A stretch of 64,000 nucleotides of DNA, from positions 77,562,001 through 77,626,000 of the forward strand of contig OX597818.1 of NCBI GenBank assembly GCA_951406725.2, read 5' to 3'. Of the stretch, positions 1 to 14,270 are shown piece after piece. The position numbers and the translations under genes were made by a program. The stretch is from Octopus vulgaris. Lineage: Eukaryota. Below the pieces are notes generated by a model. That model worked only from the letters and a program-made list of their open reading frames with translations, did not search any database and was not told the DNA's origin. The number at the start of each line of letters is the position of its first letter. Position 1 is the first letter of the stretch.

Positions 1-823
1 ATGGTGAAAGGTAAAGCTGGGCCCCAGTTGGAATTTAAAATCAAAATCTACAGAGATGAAGCTAAATACTGGATGATATTTTCAACACTTTGTATTATAT
101 AAACATAGGGTTCATAATCTTTGAACACACACATACACGCACACATCATCTCTCTCTTTCTCTCTGATACTTAATATTGGTAATAAATTAGATTTTCAAT
201 TTATTTACCAAAATATTATTTACCCCTCACCACCACCACCACTTATTGGCATTATCATGACGACCACTACAACTGTTGTCATCACCACTACTACCATTAC
301 TACTACTACTACTGCTGCAATCATTATTTTGATCTTTATCATCTTTGGTACCATCATCATACTTTGCTGTCATTCAGACCAATGAAGCTTGACCTGATTG
401 AAATAACAACCAAATTTCCATCAAATCAGGTGCTGCCTTAATACAAAGGACGCATGAAATAATGGGATCTAGGTTACACTGCTTGAACCAGATAATGATG
501 ATGATCATTATGATAATAAATATCCTTTCTACTATAGGCACAAGGCCTGAAATTTTTGGGGAGGAGACTAGTCAATAATAATAATATGACCATGGCTTGA
601 ATCTCTTTGATCATAGATGTGCTTGATCAGGGCCACCTTGAGATAAACACCAACATCATTATCATATCATCGTCTAATATTTAACATGTTACATGACTAA
701 GTATTGCATCTCCAATTGCTTCTCTGAAGTGTGTGTGTGGAAGGGAATGTTTTCAATTATAAATAGCATCAAAGATTAAGTGTTTCAAATTAAAATGAGC
801 TCTTAATTACATAACTTGTTGAC

Positions 824-857
<34 letters not shown>

Positions 858-1077
858 TACACTCACCCATCCACACATGTGTGTGTATGTATATTTGTAG
901 GTGTGTATGTCTATATAAATGTGTGTGCATGTATGTATATACATATGTGTGTGTGTGTGTATATTGACAGATAGCTAGATAGATAGATATCACAAGAGTG
1001 TTACTTAGTGTATATCACATGTGTTAAATTATGTGCTGCCTTGAAATTTTAATTAGCAAAGATCCAGTCTTTAATCA

Positions 1078-1380
1078 TTTCTATCTTTTGTGCTTGTTTC
1101 AGTCATTAGATTGTGGCCATGCTGAGGAAGCACTTGAAGGGTTTAGTCGAACAAATCGACCCCAGTCTTTATTTTAAAACCTGACACTTATTTTATTGGT
1201 CTCTTTTGCCAGACTGCTAAATTATGAGGACATAAACACACTAACACCAGTTGTCAAGTGAGGTGGGAGGTGAACACAAATGCAAGGACACACACACACA
1301 CACATCACAAGCTTCTTTCAGTTTGCATCTATCAAATCCACTCACAAGGCTTTGGTTAGGTCAGAGGTGTGGTAGAAGAC
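1078..1380 (-). mobile_element. tRNA-derived CORE-type SINE (octopus OR-like family), 5'-truncated
   Basis: Reverse complement of the family tail (tttcagtcattagattgtggccatgctg) and body (aaatccactcacaaggctttgg) seen in many other copies in the window, e.g. 9929-10255 and 37125-37485. Confidence 0.75.
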
Positions 1381-2234
1381 CAGAAGTGTCTGGACAGATT
1401 GACTTCATGTTTAAGAGAGTAGCTTTAGGTCCCCCAACCATAATTTATGTAAAAGATATGTAACCACTGTATTTAAGTGACTTTATATGCAAAGATCTTA
1501 AGTTGAAAAGTTAACAGCGACATATGTTATAATGTCTGTGAAAGGATCTGGTACATTATTAACAAGCCTGAGATTGAAAGCTTATATACAATGATCTTGA
1601 ATTTGTCCGGCTCAGATCTAAAATACTTCTTTCATTTGATAGAAGAACCAAACTTCCTTGATGCTATTTAGTTATTGTTAACATCTTTTGACTTCCTGAA
1701 GAGGTAACTAGAGACTGATTACAGAAACCAGTGCCTTGTGTTGGCTTTTGTGGAAGAAAATTGTGTGTCAGGGACAGTGCTTCCTTGAAATAAATGCTAT
1801 TACCATTTTTATATTGTTAAACATTAGTTAGTTGTCCCAAAACTCATTGAGGTATGCTGTGAACTATGGTTATCTTGTAGGAGCAACTTGCAGTGGATTT
1901 ATAAGATATTATTCATCATCATTGTTGTTGTTACTTAACATCTATCTCTTTTCCATGGGTTAGACAGTTCAATAGGAGCCTATGAGCCAGAGGACTGCAC
2001 TGACCTGAAATGTCTGCTTTGGCATGGTTTCTATGAGTAGATGTCTTTCCTAATACCATGCACTGGGTCCACTGGCAGTAGTGAGGTCATCAAGTAACTC
2101 ACAAGACAAGACCCCTTGACAGAGTGGGGGTGTAGTATTGAGAGAAGTGGTTTTATACCAAGTATTGAAGAGGTGACTCATAGCTTACCCAGCTTGAAAG
2201 AGAGAGAAGATGGTGATGTGTCATCTACCTAGAG

Positions 2235-2524
2235 CAGGGGGTGGAGGGTTTCTCAACCATATTTTATCTATGGACCCCTTTCTTTACTATTTTATTCAGT
2301 GTCTAATATTAGAGAAACTTCTTTCAAAATTCCTATTTTGGTTTTCACATTAACTTGTGTAGGTGGAACAATGTATACATATCAATGCATACATTTAAAT
2401 CAAAAGTTTTTTTCAGGGGCTCTTAAAATAGTATTGTGAATTCTCAATTTACTATTTTATTACATGCACCCCCCATCTTATATGAATCCTTATGGGCCAT
2501 ATGAACCCCAGTTGAGAACCACTG
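2235..2524. mobile_element. hAT/Charlie-type MITE
   Basis: Right end gttgagaaccactg, degenerate left end cag...gtttctcaacc; imperfect 8-bp TSD acctagag (2227-2234) / acctaaaa (2525-2532). Confidence 0.6.
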
Positions 2525-4689
2525 ACCTAAAAAAAAAACATAAAAATAAGTAATGAAGAATGGCAGGTAGTGTATTTTTGAAGAATGAAGAGGTTTTGTT
2601 GGTTGGTAAGGACACCTTAAACTCAAGATATGGCACCACTTTGTATCTAAGGAACTGGTTCTGGATGTATTGATAATAATGTGAGTGTGGTCATAGATTC
2701 TTGTGGGTGTCTTGGTATATATATATATATATGTATATGACATAATAGATCATCTGTGGATCTAAACTCTGATTATTCATATCATTAGTATTTTAGTTTA
2801 CAAGTTTTAGCCAACTGCTTTATTATCTGATGCAGGCCATTTCATCATCATGGCCTGCTTTAGCTCTTATTTGCAGTTATTGCCCTCTTGGATGGTTGAA
2901 GGACCGCATCTCTCTCAAATAGTATTAAAATAATGATAATCATAGAGAGGACGATGATTGGATGACATTATGTGAGAATATTAGCTTGGATACTGTAATT
3001 TGGTGGAAGCCATTTCAGTGTAACTATTGATATGAATAAAAGTAGGAAAGAGTAGGTTTGGTGCTGAACTGACCTAGTCAGACCTGTTTGGTGTGGTAGT
3101 GATGATGGAATGGACCAAGAAAACGTAAAAACAACAGTGACAGTACTTTTCATTGTCAGAGTAGCTTGATTAATACACATTTCAATTTTGAAATTAGTAA
3201 CATATAATAAAATAACTCGACCTACATATCTGCTTCAAGTCTAGAATTACCTGTACAAATATCTTATTTATTCTGTAGAGTATTCCTCTACATAGTTACT
3301 TGAAATCTTGAAAATAATAATGAAATCTTTATCCTTTCAAACTCTGCTATCTTGAAAAATAGTGAATGATGTAATAGTCTTAGCACATTGACTATATATA
3401 ATAAAGGTTGGGGTTGTCCTGGCTGGAATGTCTTTTTATTATAGAGTTAACTGACTTTTAGACAACAACAAAAATGGTGATACTATTGAAAAATATCTTG
3501 AGGATGGAGTAGTGCTCATGAAATTGCCATTCATGTTTCTCTTGTGTGAAAGAAGTTCCAATGAGGAATGTTCTGATGAGTGAGCTTAGTGATTAGCTCA
3601 ATGTTTTTAAAGCAGGTGTTAGAAGCAACAAAAATAATGAGAGGAGGAGAGACAAATAGGTAAGAAGGCTTGAATGGAGATGGGTATGTATGAATCCAGC
3701 TAGATTTGAGGAGTCATTCATTATAGTAGCAGTAGAAAAGGTCAGAGGCTGGACCCTGTTTGTGAATGACTTAGGTTTGTTTTATGGAAGTGAGTAGCCA
3801 TAAGAAATTTTTCAACTGTAAACTTTTGCGCTTGGAAAGTTTATTTTTACAATTGTAGGAATCAAATATATAAATACAGTTAGTTACTCAAAATAAATTT
3901 AATTTTTCCTTAATTTAACAGTTTCTGAAAAGAATGTAAATGGAAATAGCCTCTGAATTTTATTGTGCATGTGCAATCACACAGCTGTTATGTACCACCA
4001 TCTGTATGTATGTAGTTGTATCATATTGATATATTTTAAACATTAACCTATATATTGAATAAATAAAACTACAACCTAGCTTTTATATGAATTGAAAAGA
4101 AAGTGAATTTAAAATATATATATATATTTTTTTTTTATCCCTTTTAGAAGTTCCTAATGTTGTTTACAAATTTAACATTGATTTCTTATCCTGATACTTG
4201 GTCAATGGTCCAGATATGAACTGGTTTTAATTGATAAGTTTAATACTGTGTATGTGTGTGTGTGTTTGTGCTTTGATGCATTGTAAAAACTGTGTATCAG
4301 ATATAAAATAGCTATTGATTCGTTAGAATGTTATTCAGTACATAGTTGGCACACAGCTTCTTATTTGAATACTGGATATAGAACTAAGATACAAATTGTT
4401 GTTAAATAATTTTCATAGTTTTGTACAGTGGTGGATTATATTGAAGACGTTTATTGTAGTGGTCATTGCTCTGGAATATCAATGAAATGTGAGTATAATC
4501 CCTCTGAATTATTAGATATATATAATACTCTTTTTGTTTGTTGGCCTATCAGGGATAGTCACTGAGAACTGTGCAATACATGTTAGCATAGAAAGTACAT
4601 GTAGAATAATATTGATGACGATAACGAAAATATTTGACCAAGTAAAACTTAAGCTAGTCATCTACATAGTCATCTACTTAGAAGTGTAG

Positions 4690-5380
4690 GGAGATAACAG
4701 TGTTATCATCAACAGCAGTTACAGAGGTACGGAACTAGTGGACCAAGCTATGACAGTATCAGTGTTTCAGCACAATTGATTTGGAAGAGAAAATTTAGAT
4801 GTGATGCAGTTTGGATTTGTGCCAGGTAGGGTTACTTTTTGTGATTTCCTTTTGTAGTGAGATAATTACAGTAAAAACTTTTAGCTAAGAGTAAGCCCCT
4901 CTACCTAGCATTTGGAGCAGGCTTTGATAAGGTACTCTTTATCTATAGTTTGGTGATTCCTAAAAAAGAACAGTAGATGAATGGTTTATGAGAATAGCAC
5001 ATGTCATATAGAGAAATTTAGTCAGCAAAGTGTGAGTTGGCAATGAGTTTAATGAGGATTTTAGTGCTCTGGCACCTTTCAAGGCTGTTCTCAGCCACCA
5101 TCTATATTATAGTTCTTCAAGCTATAAAAGAGGATGCACTGATAACCTCATTCTTATAGCAAAAAACTTCCTGCTGTGGAAACAAAATCCAGGATTGAGA
5201 TGCCCCATAGAAGACTTAATTTAGACTCGAAAACTAAAGTTTTAGTTAATAAGATAGATGACGGTACCCTGCTGGCATCAAGGAAATGGTTGTTCTTTGC
5301 AGAGTTGGAAATTCCATACGGTGTAGGTATAGTGAGTTCAAAAACAAGCTGACCATGAATGAAGGCTTTATATGTGCCAG
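4690..5380 (+). pseudogene. Degenerate RTE-clade LINE reverse transcriptase remnant
   Basis: Frame-broken peptides YRGTELVDQAM, MQFGFVPGRV, LAKSKPLYLAF, AFDKV, VDEWFMRI, IIVLQAI and DNLILIA follow RTE RT motif order. Confidence 0.7.
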
Positions 5381-5384
5381 AGCA

Positions 5385-5765
5385 CCATCGTTATTGTTTT
5401 AATGTTCATTTTCCCATACTTCCATGGGTCAGATGGAATTCTGTGAGGCAGGTTTTCTACTGCTGGATGCCCTTCTTACCACTATCCTTCACATGTTTCC
5501 AAGCAACATAATATTTCCTTATGGGTGGGCATGTTTTTCACAGAGAACTGAAAATGAACACCATTTGCTTCTTTGGTAGTGATATTTGTTTGCAGCTATC
5601 ATATGATGTCAAGAGAAGAGTACACACACATATATGCGTGATGAGCTTCTTTCAGTTTTCACCTACCAAATCCATTCACAAGACTGTTCAGCCTGAGACT
5701 ATAGTAGAAGACACTTGCCCATGGTGTTGTGTTGTGTGGCTGAACCCAAAACCATGTGGTTGTGC
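5385..5765 (-). mobile_element. Composite SINE: CORE-type head with RTE-like 3' tail
   Basis: ctggatgcccttc tail segment plus agaagacacttgccc / ctgaacccaaaaccatgtggtt head in reverse orientation; same layout as 8395-8820 and 49790-50235. Confidence 0.65.
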
Positions 5766-6780
5766 AGCAGTTTCACTAGTAAAATGAATTATTTTTAATA
5801 CTTGGAAGGCTCTGTAAAAGTAGTTGATAGCTTGTTACCAAGGTAACCTAATCAGTTAAGGAAAAGGATGCACTGAAAGTGAAGTAGCCAGAATAAGAAT
5901 AGGGTAAAAAAATAGTCCCATGAGCTGTTACCTCTGCAGAAACAAAATGTTCTTTCTCTCAACGTGAAAGGTAGATTGTATAATAGTCATGCATAAACAA
6001 TGATGATATATAGTAATGAAACTTGGGGACTGAATGTAGAGGATGTGTGAATGCTGGAAAGAAAGGAAAAAGGCATACTCTGCTGGAAGTGTAATGTTAG
6101 TTGTATATGAATGACAAAAGGCAAAACCATCCCCAGCATGATTTGAATTTGGAGCATAAAGTTCATATGAGTAAATACTGCAAGATATATAGAATTTCTA
6201 TACAAATTCTGCCACCCATTATTCCAAATATTACCTGACCCAACAGAAGAAGTGTCACCACTGTCATCTACTTGGTTAAATATTATTTGATATATAATAA
6301 TGTCAAATCAAAACACACATGTGAGGTATGAAGTGTGTATGTGCCAGTACTCAAAATAAACTCTCAAAATTTGACATCTGTTACTGGTAGGAAGATACTG
6401 ATGGTGGAGTTGGGTTCAACTGGGGTCATCTAGCCTACTAATTATTAAAGCCGGAAATAAATGGGAAGACATGGGTTCGAGTTCCACTGAATCATCACAT
6501 TTTTATTTTCTCCTATATATGTACTCCTTTTTATGCTTGTATATTTTTCTTCATTTTAAATGTAGACATGTATCTAGTTTGATCCTAAATTAATCAACTT
6601 CATTTAACTGGATATGTTTAGCTACTAAACATCCTTACTTCAGAATATTTGACTATATATAGATATTATATTTTGTTGGTCATCTTGTTATAAAATTACG
6701 TATGCATAATCTACATCTCTTCGAGTATAATCTTAAAGTAAATTAAAATTGTAATGAACCAAATTTAATCTTTTTTGTAA

Positions 6781-6981
6781 TTAACCATTTTGGTATCTTC
6801 TTGCCTGAAATTATTCCTGAATCTGTGATCCAGCTTCTTCTATCAAACTTCCTTGTTAATTTATTTCAAACTCCAACTTAAAAACAATAGTTATTTTCCT
6901 AAATTCTTCATAGTTCCCAAAATTAATTGAATGAAAAGCAGTGTTTTGACAGAAATATGGTAAAAAAAAAAAAAGATTTAA
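6781..6981 (+). mobile_element. piggyBac-type MITE (~200-220 bp family)
   Basis: ttaacc start, aaattaattg...gtgttttgacagaaatatggt body, ttaa end; similar to 54449-54677 and, inverted, ~15605-15825 and ~53225-53455. Confidence 0.55.
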
Positions 6982-7149
6982 ACAATGCCATGAAACCATT
7001 ATTTCTGATCTCTTTTTCTAACATGTCATAAATTGCAGTTCAATTTTGACTGTTCACATTGATGTTGTACAAAAATACAAGGTGTTAAGATTTGTCCATT
7101 ACATACAAGTATTGATGAAAAAAATAGACATATTCTGTTGTTCAAAATA

Positions 7150-8017
7150 CATGATCTGGTCAATAAGTATCCAGACTTATAGTAATATAGCTAAAGCATG
7201 CAGACTGAAGCTGCTTGGTATAAATTAACCTTGCACTCTGCTGTGTTTTTGCCCTAAGTTTTAACATTCTAGCTCACTTCTGCTGCTTACAGCAGTGCTT
7301 GGAAGGAACATGTGTAATATATGATTGTTGCATTGACCATAACAGAGAAAGTTCAGCAGAGAATCTGCATCAAATTTTGCCAAAAGCTTGACAATACCTG
7401 CTCAGAGGCCTCTGCAAAGTTTTCAAAAAGTTTTCATTGTTCTCAACACTATCAAGGGGATCTTGCAAAACTGAAACCCAGTGTCTTTTTGGTCAATTGA
7501 AAGCAGTATGAGACATGTGTCTCATACCCAAATCTTCAGTGATAATGGACTGAACTTTAAGTAATCTATACATCTCTAATAACTCATGGATGGTGATTTG
7601 ACGACTTCCCCTCACATCTGCATGCACATCTGCAATGTCTTTCTCAGTTCTACTGGTTGTGGATCTCCCAGAACCTTCGTCAATATAGACATTTTTCGGC
7701 CATCTTGGAAACATCTGGATCACTTGTACACTTGTGTGCGGCTCAAACACTCATCTCAACACACTTTCTGCAACTTTGTGTAAGCCTCTGAGCAGGTATC
7801 GCCATGACAACTTTCTCTGTTATGGTCTATGCGATGACTACATGCTACACACCTTCCTTCCAAGCTCTGTTGTAAACAGGATAAGTGAGCTACAACGTTA
7901 AAACTTAGTGCACATGCACAGCAGAGTTCTATATCAACCTCTACCAAGCAGCTTCACTCTGCATGCTTTAGCTTCATTAGTATAGCAACAGTCTGTATAC
8001 TTATTGATCAGACCTCA
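7150..8017. mobile_element. Mariner-derived fold-back element (two 5' ends in inverted orientation)
   Basis: TA at 7148-49 and 8018-19; ~250-270 bp inverted arms (tcaataagtat..gctaaagcatgcaga..ctgctcagaggc); + strand QQRICIKFCQKL and - strand EGSGRSTTSRTE..RQITIHEL..IITEDLGMR are mariner N-terminal peptides. Confidence 0.8.
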
Positions 8018-8394
8018 TATAATAGTTATGTTCCTTGACTTCCGTCTTCTCTCTTGATTGTATTTCTCAGAACCATTGTAGGGTTTTTTGGTGTTTTCTT
8101 TGATATCACAAACTGTAACTTTTCTCGTATCTATTTGTTCCAAAGAAACCTTGTTATTTTAGTTATTGTATACAATCTTTCTTTTACTGGTATTAGTCAC
8201 TGGACAGTGTCCAAGCTAGGGCACCACTTTCAAGGGTTTTAGTCAGTCATATTGACCTCGGTACTTACTTCAGTCCGCTGCTTATTTTATCGATATCTAT
8301 TCGTTGAGCTGCTATGTTGCAAGAGGTAAAGGGATACAGCATAAACAACACTGATGTGTAGATCAGTATAAATATAATCATATTCACACATGCA

Positions 8395-8820
8395 TGAACA
8401 TGTGGTTAAGAAGCTGGTTTTGTGACCATGTGGTTTGGAGTCAGCTACACTGCATGGCATCTTGGGCAAGTATCTTCTACTATTGCCCTGGACTTGTGAG
8501 TAAATGTTTTGAGAGTGAATTTGGATGACAGAAACCATATTAAGTCTATTGCACACACGCATGTGTGTATGTATATCCTTGTCTTGATATTATATTATGA
8601 TTGTAAATGAGCATCACTGTCATAAGAGTGGTGGTGTTTGTTTCCTGTCATCTATTACAAATGTCTAGCCAAGAGAAATATTATCTTGTTTGGAAACAAG
8701 TGAGGGTTGATGATAGAAAGGTCAGCCAGCTGCAGAAAATCTGCCTCAACAAGTTCCATCTGATTCATGCAAGCATGGAAAAGTGGACATTAAATGGTGA
8801 TGATAATGAAGATGATGATT
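8395..8820 (+). mobile_element. Composite SINE (CORE-type head, RTE-like tail ending in (GAT)n)
   Basis: gtggttaagaagc...catcttgggcaagtatcttctactat...catgcaagcatggaaaagtggacattaaatggtgatgat. Confidence 0.7.
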
Positions 8821-9928
8821 GATATACACATATCATTGATACATACTCTGGAAGAACTTTAAGTTTCTTCACATCTTCCTTCTTTAATAAACTTAGTTAA
8901 ACTTATATTAAAACTTGTATTTATTTCTGGTGTTTCTTAGTTGAAATAAGTCAGGAAATTCATATAATTGCTTTCCCAGTATATTGTTATGCATGGAAAT
9001 TTCTTTTGTAAACATGTTATAATCCCTTAGTTTGTTTCTTTTTTAATTCCACCAGACATGATTTAATGTTATAGTGATTTTTCTTTTTACAATGATCTTA
9101 TTGGATGAAATAAGAACTTCTTACTTTTCCAATCTATTTTATTTTAAGATAGATTTATGTATTGCCTCTTGAGTTTGTGTTCATTAATAACATTTTATTA
9201 AACTCTGTTTGATTTCTAATGGATTCTTTTTCTAAAAGTTTATTTGCATTACCATTTGAGTCTTAGCTTGTCTTCTATTTATTGTTGCTGTGCAGCATAT
9301 TGTTTTTCATTCATTCATTCATTCATTCATTCATACATGCATGTATGTACAGATGTGTGTATGTATGATTGTCATCAACACCATCATTATCATCATTTAA
9401 TATCCGTATTCTATGCTGGTGTAGGTTGAACAGTTTAACAGAAGCTGACCAGCTGAAGAGCTGTCCGGACTTCATGTCTGTTTTGGCATGGTCTCTGCAG
9501 CTGGATGTCCTTCCTAATGCCAGCCACTTTACCAAGCGACTAGGTGCTTTTATACAGCACTGGCATGGGTGCTGTGCAGCTAGGGTTATAGTCCAAGCTG
9601 TGTTCTCTTGAAGCACATCTGCTTATTCTAGTATTCCAAGATTGTATGTAGATGTTATGGTTGTGTGAGGTATGCATAACATTTGAAAAATACTGGAAAA
9701 TATTTTTTTGCTTGGCACTCATATATCAAAGCAGGAGATTGGAAAAAATTATTTGTTTCTCTATCTGAAATAATTACTTGGTTCCCTGTCTGAAGAATTC
9801 CTAATAGGAGATATCTTACATGTTTCTCCTACATGTATAATTTTGTCATTTCTATTAGCAAATGAAACAAGTGTAATGGAGAATAATACCAAGATTTTTT
9901 TTTTCCAATATCCTGTTTGTATATTATT

Positions 9929-10253
9929 ATATTCTTTTACTTGTTTCAGTCGTTTGACTGTGGCTATGCTGGAGCACTGGTTTTAGTACTTATTCTATCA
10001 GTCTCTTTTGCCAAACATCTAAGTTACAGGAACGTAAACACCAACATCGGTTGTCAAGTTATGGTGGGGGGACAAACAGATACCTGTGTATATGATGGGC
10101 ATCTTTCAGTTTCTGTCTACCAAATTCACTCACAAGGTTTTGGTCAGCTCGAGGCTATAGTAGAAGACACTTGCCCAAGGTGCTGCAGAGTGAGACTGAA
10201 CCTGGAACCATGTGGTTCAGAAGCAAGCTTCTTACCACACAGCCACGTCTGCA

Positions 10254-10255
<2 letters not shown>
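9929..10255 (-). mobile_element. Near full-length CORE-type SINE
   Basis: Reverse complement reads ggtgcagacgtggctgtgtggtaagaagc (A-box-like) ... ggttcagtc (B-box-like) ... caccttgggcaagtgtcttctactatagcc (CORE-like) ... cagtcaaacgactgaaacaagtaaaagaata tail. Confidence 0.8.
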
Positions 10256-10302
<47 letters not shown>

Positions 10303-12339
10303 TTATGAATTATTGTTGTGACAGTTTCAAGATATTGTTTGTTCTTCTGTTGCAGTGTAATGTAGTGTGGTATAGAAATATTGTCTTAGTCTCACATCAG
10401 TCCAGGCTGAGCCAACCATATGATCCAACAGTGGCCATCCCTATTTTTAAAAATATTTCTTTTGTTTATTTAGACATAGTGTCTCTCATTGTCAGTGGTC
10501 ATCTGTGCACAAAAATCTTATGTTGTACAATCTTTTTTCCCTGCACTAAAATATGCATGCACTGAATATATTTTCACTGTAATCATTAATACATTATTTC
10601 AAGTATCTAACATTCTGTTTTCTGATTTCAAAATGTGCACACACACATATGGGTGGATACACCTCCACTCTGTATCCAACCCACACACAAGCTAAAGAAA
10701 CAGTGTATCTCTATCCTAAATTAAATGTAAGACTTGTTGATTCCAGGTTTCGTTTCTCTACTCCTACTACAGATTCAACTGTAAGAATAATGTCTTCATC
10801 ATACAAGAATGTAATAGTTCAATGTATCAGTGGGTTATCCAGTGTGTCCTTTTTTTGTTAAGATGGTATAGTGTGTGATATGAGGAAAGTTTGACTGCTA
10901 TTTCTAGCAAGTCCTGTTAATTATGTAGAAATTTCCTCTTACAAAACAATATTGTATGCCACTTGAAGTGGTACCAATATTTTCATGTTTCCAGTGAATG
11001 TTAATATATGCTTCAAGGCTGAAAATTATTTCAAACATTCCATTATCTCCATTGTTAATTGTTTAGTTTATTTCATAAAAGTCCTATTGGTTATACTGTG
11101 TAGAGAAGGCACTTGTTGAAATGGTGGAGGTGGTGTTGGTAATGGCTATAATGGTTCAAGAATAAACGAGGAAAATATGGAAGCAGCTTAACAGGTTTTC
11201 AGTTACATTTCATATTCTATTATATGAACTGCAGTTTTGGTAGTGAGGGCTATGGTATAGTCATTTTCCTGTCTAGCCTGTTTTTCAATACCTTTCTTGT
11301 TTTTTGGGGGTAGTAACTGCAAGTGAGGCAAGAAAGGCAGACTTAGTACAAGATAGTTATTGTTCATGTTATTTACTTGTACTTCAACTACTCCTCATAA
11401 TATTTATTTTTCATTCTTACATCATTCTGATGGATTGCTATATTTGTAATCTACACTCGACTCTGTCATAGTGCTAATCTCTTCATAGTGTTGCCCTCTT
11501 CAGTGTTTGACTCAGTTCTGTGTCACACTCAATCACTGAGTGTGACTCAAATTTACTTGTAATACTTTAAAAAATTTGTCATTGTGATATATCATCCTTT
11601 TGCATTCATCTTCAAGTGTTTTGTCTGTTTTCTTCCATCTTGCATATGCTACTAGCACACATTGCATTGAGTCTTTAAGTACATACCCTAGTACTGAAGG
11701 AATTAGAATGCTGTATCCAATTTTCAGACATGTAACCTTTTCAACTATCATGTTAATGTGGTTGATGTTGGTGATAAGAGATATCTGCAAAGAATCTTAA
11801 GATAATGACAAGTTTGCAACTTCCTGGCAAGAAGTCAACATTTATAGCAATGGTGCTTGGTAAAGTGGTTGAGATTCTCTCTAAAATTTGGTAAAAATAA
11901 CTAACAAAATAACAGAAGTTGGCACTACTAAATTTGTCAAACCTGTTTGGGATGGATAAACTTTGATATTATAATTAGACTAAAGTATATGATTAATGCT
12001 CATAATTAGACAAGGAGGAAGTTACGGTTAAGTTTCTTGCTCAAGGGTTATAATGAAATACAAATTCCTGATCTATCAGGTTAGTATATTATCTATTTAG
12101 CTAATCTACTTTGTAAATAAAAGATACATTATATAGTGAAAACTTTCTTAGCTAGTATTCCAGTTCTTTATGTACCCAGCTAAAGTAACTTTAAAATAAT
12201 AAGCACCATTCTCATTTTAATGAGAATTTTCCATTGCTGGTATGAGTTGGATGATGATCTGCAGTAGGCTATGTTACCACAAAACAGCCTGACATGTTTC
12301 TGTATATACTGCCAGTCTCACTAATAATTGTTTCTAACA

Positions 12340-12535
12340 ATGCTATCAATGTTTAAGCATAGGGCATTAGTTGATTACATAAACTCCACTACTAGATTGA
12401 TAATTTATTTCATCAAACATGGAGGGAAGAAAGGCAAAGTTGACCTTGGTGGGATTTGAGCTCAGAAAGCAAAGAGCCAGAACAAATACTGCAAGGCATT
12501 ATTTCCTCACCCTCTTTCATTCTGCCATATCACTA
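12340..12535 (-). mobile_element. Nin/Deu-domain SINE
   Basis: aaaggcaaagttgaccttggtgggatttgagctcagaa is the reverse complement of the family core seen in 62141-62360. Confidence 0.6.
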
Positions 12536-13289
12536 GCTAATAGTGATAATAGTGATGACAATGATGATGATTTCTAATACAGGCATGAAGATACATATCT
12601 GAGGAAGGAACAGTCAATTACATCAACTCCAGTATTTTTTTAAAAAATCTTTTTGTGAGATGAGATGTGAGTGACCTTGGCCCATTAAAATCCTCCAAAA
12701 CTGTTAGAGAGGAAGAAGGCTTATCCTCAAACGGGAAACCTGGTCTGAGTGCTTGAAACAAAGTTCACTTTAATAAAATACCCAAGGTGCTAAGTTGTGG
12801 TGTTAAATGGTTGATGAGCTAAGCCTACTGACCAAGTAGGTTGTAGCCAAATTTGAACTCAGAACACAAAGCACTGGAGCAAGTATGTCAAGGCATCCAG
12901 TTTGATATTCTTAAAGTTCCACCAATCCACTGCCTTAGATGAGCATTGTTTTTTAATATCCCTGGAAGGATAAAAAATCAAAGTTGACCTGATGGGTTTT
13001 GAACTCAGAATGAATAGAAGCAGAACAAATACTTCAAAGTATTTTGTCCAATGCTCTAATGACTCTGCCAATTCTCTAAATGAATGAATGAATGAAAGAA
13101 AAGATAATGTTCACCTCGGTAGGATTTGACCTTGGGTCATAACAAAACACTGCAAAGTATTTTGTCCACCACTTTATCATTTCTGCTGTCCACTGGTCTT
13201 TATAATGATACCATGTGGACACAATTTCATTGGTTGACTCTTTGTATGGTATTAATTATGAAGTTGTACAAAATCCATAACTCCAGAAA

Positions 13290-13690
13290 TATTTATCTTT
13301 TATCTTTCAGTCATTGAACTGCAACCATGCTGGGGCACTGCCTTGAAGGGTCTTAGTCAAGCAAATTGATCCTTGTACTTTGTTTTTTTAACCCTGGAAC
13401 TTATTCTGCTGGTCTGTTTTGGCCAAACTGCTAAATTATATGGATGTAAACCAACAAACATGCACATACTAACACATACACGCACACACACACATACACA
13501 CACACTCTCTCTCTCTCTCTCTCTCCATTGCTCACTCATTTGCTTGCTCACTCAAATGGTTTTGGCTACCAAATCCACTCACAAGGCACTGGGGGCTCAC
13601 AGGGTTATAATAGACACTTGCCCAAAGTGCTGTATGGCAGGACTGAACCCAAAACTGCATGGTTGCAAAGTGAGCTTCATGCCTGCGCCT
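13290..13690 (-). mobile_element. CORE-type SINE with internal (CA)n/(CT)n
   Basis: tttcagtcattgaactgcaaccatgctggggcactgccttgaag tail; aaatccactcacaaggc and gacacttgccc body. Confidence 0.75.
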
Positions 13691-14019
13691 TTGATAACAT
13701 CAATAATCTCAGTGCTTTTTTAAAACAATTTTTATTAACAAGCTGTATGCTTCAAATTTAGATATATTTAGATTAAGAAATGATCAGCTTGTCCTAGTTA
13801 TGTTTATCTTTAGGTCGAATGATCTGTTTCAATTGTTTTGTATGTTTGATATCATTTCCACGTGTTGTTGTTTGCATCAGATAATTAATTAGTTTTAGTT
13901 TGAAACTGAATAATAAGATAGCTCCACAGAGGTAGTGGACAGCCATTGTGACATTGCAATATTTCCCCCATTTCACTATTGAATTCTGCCCTTTTATATG
14001 TTTTCTCTGTTTCAGTTCT

Positions 14020-14270
14020 GTTCAGTTTCAATTCTTCCTTTATTCTTGAGCACATTGGGCAACAAGTTGACACCATTGGTTTCTGTTGGCTGCAGTTCCC
14101 ATGGACTTCTTTCACGTTGGTTATGAATGTTCTGCACCATGTAATTTTCGGTCTTCCTCTCATTTCTTTTTCCCTTTGTTGGTTTCCATATGTAAGCTGT
14201 TTTAGAATGGTGTTGTTCTGGTAGCCAGAGTATGTGACCTGCTAATTTTAATCTTTATTCTATCTATTAT
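14020..14270 (-). pseudogene. RTE LINE 3' remnant
   Basis: Minus-strand ..AGHILWL.. and KGKRNERKT / RGRPKITWCRT, typical of the RTE ORF C-terminus (GHILR...GKRxRGRPKxTW). Confidence 0.55.
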
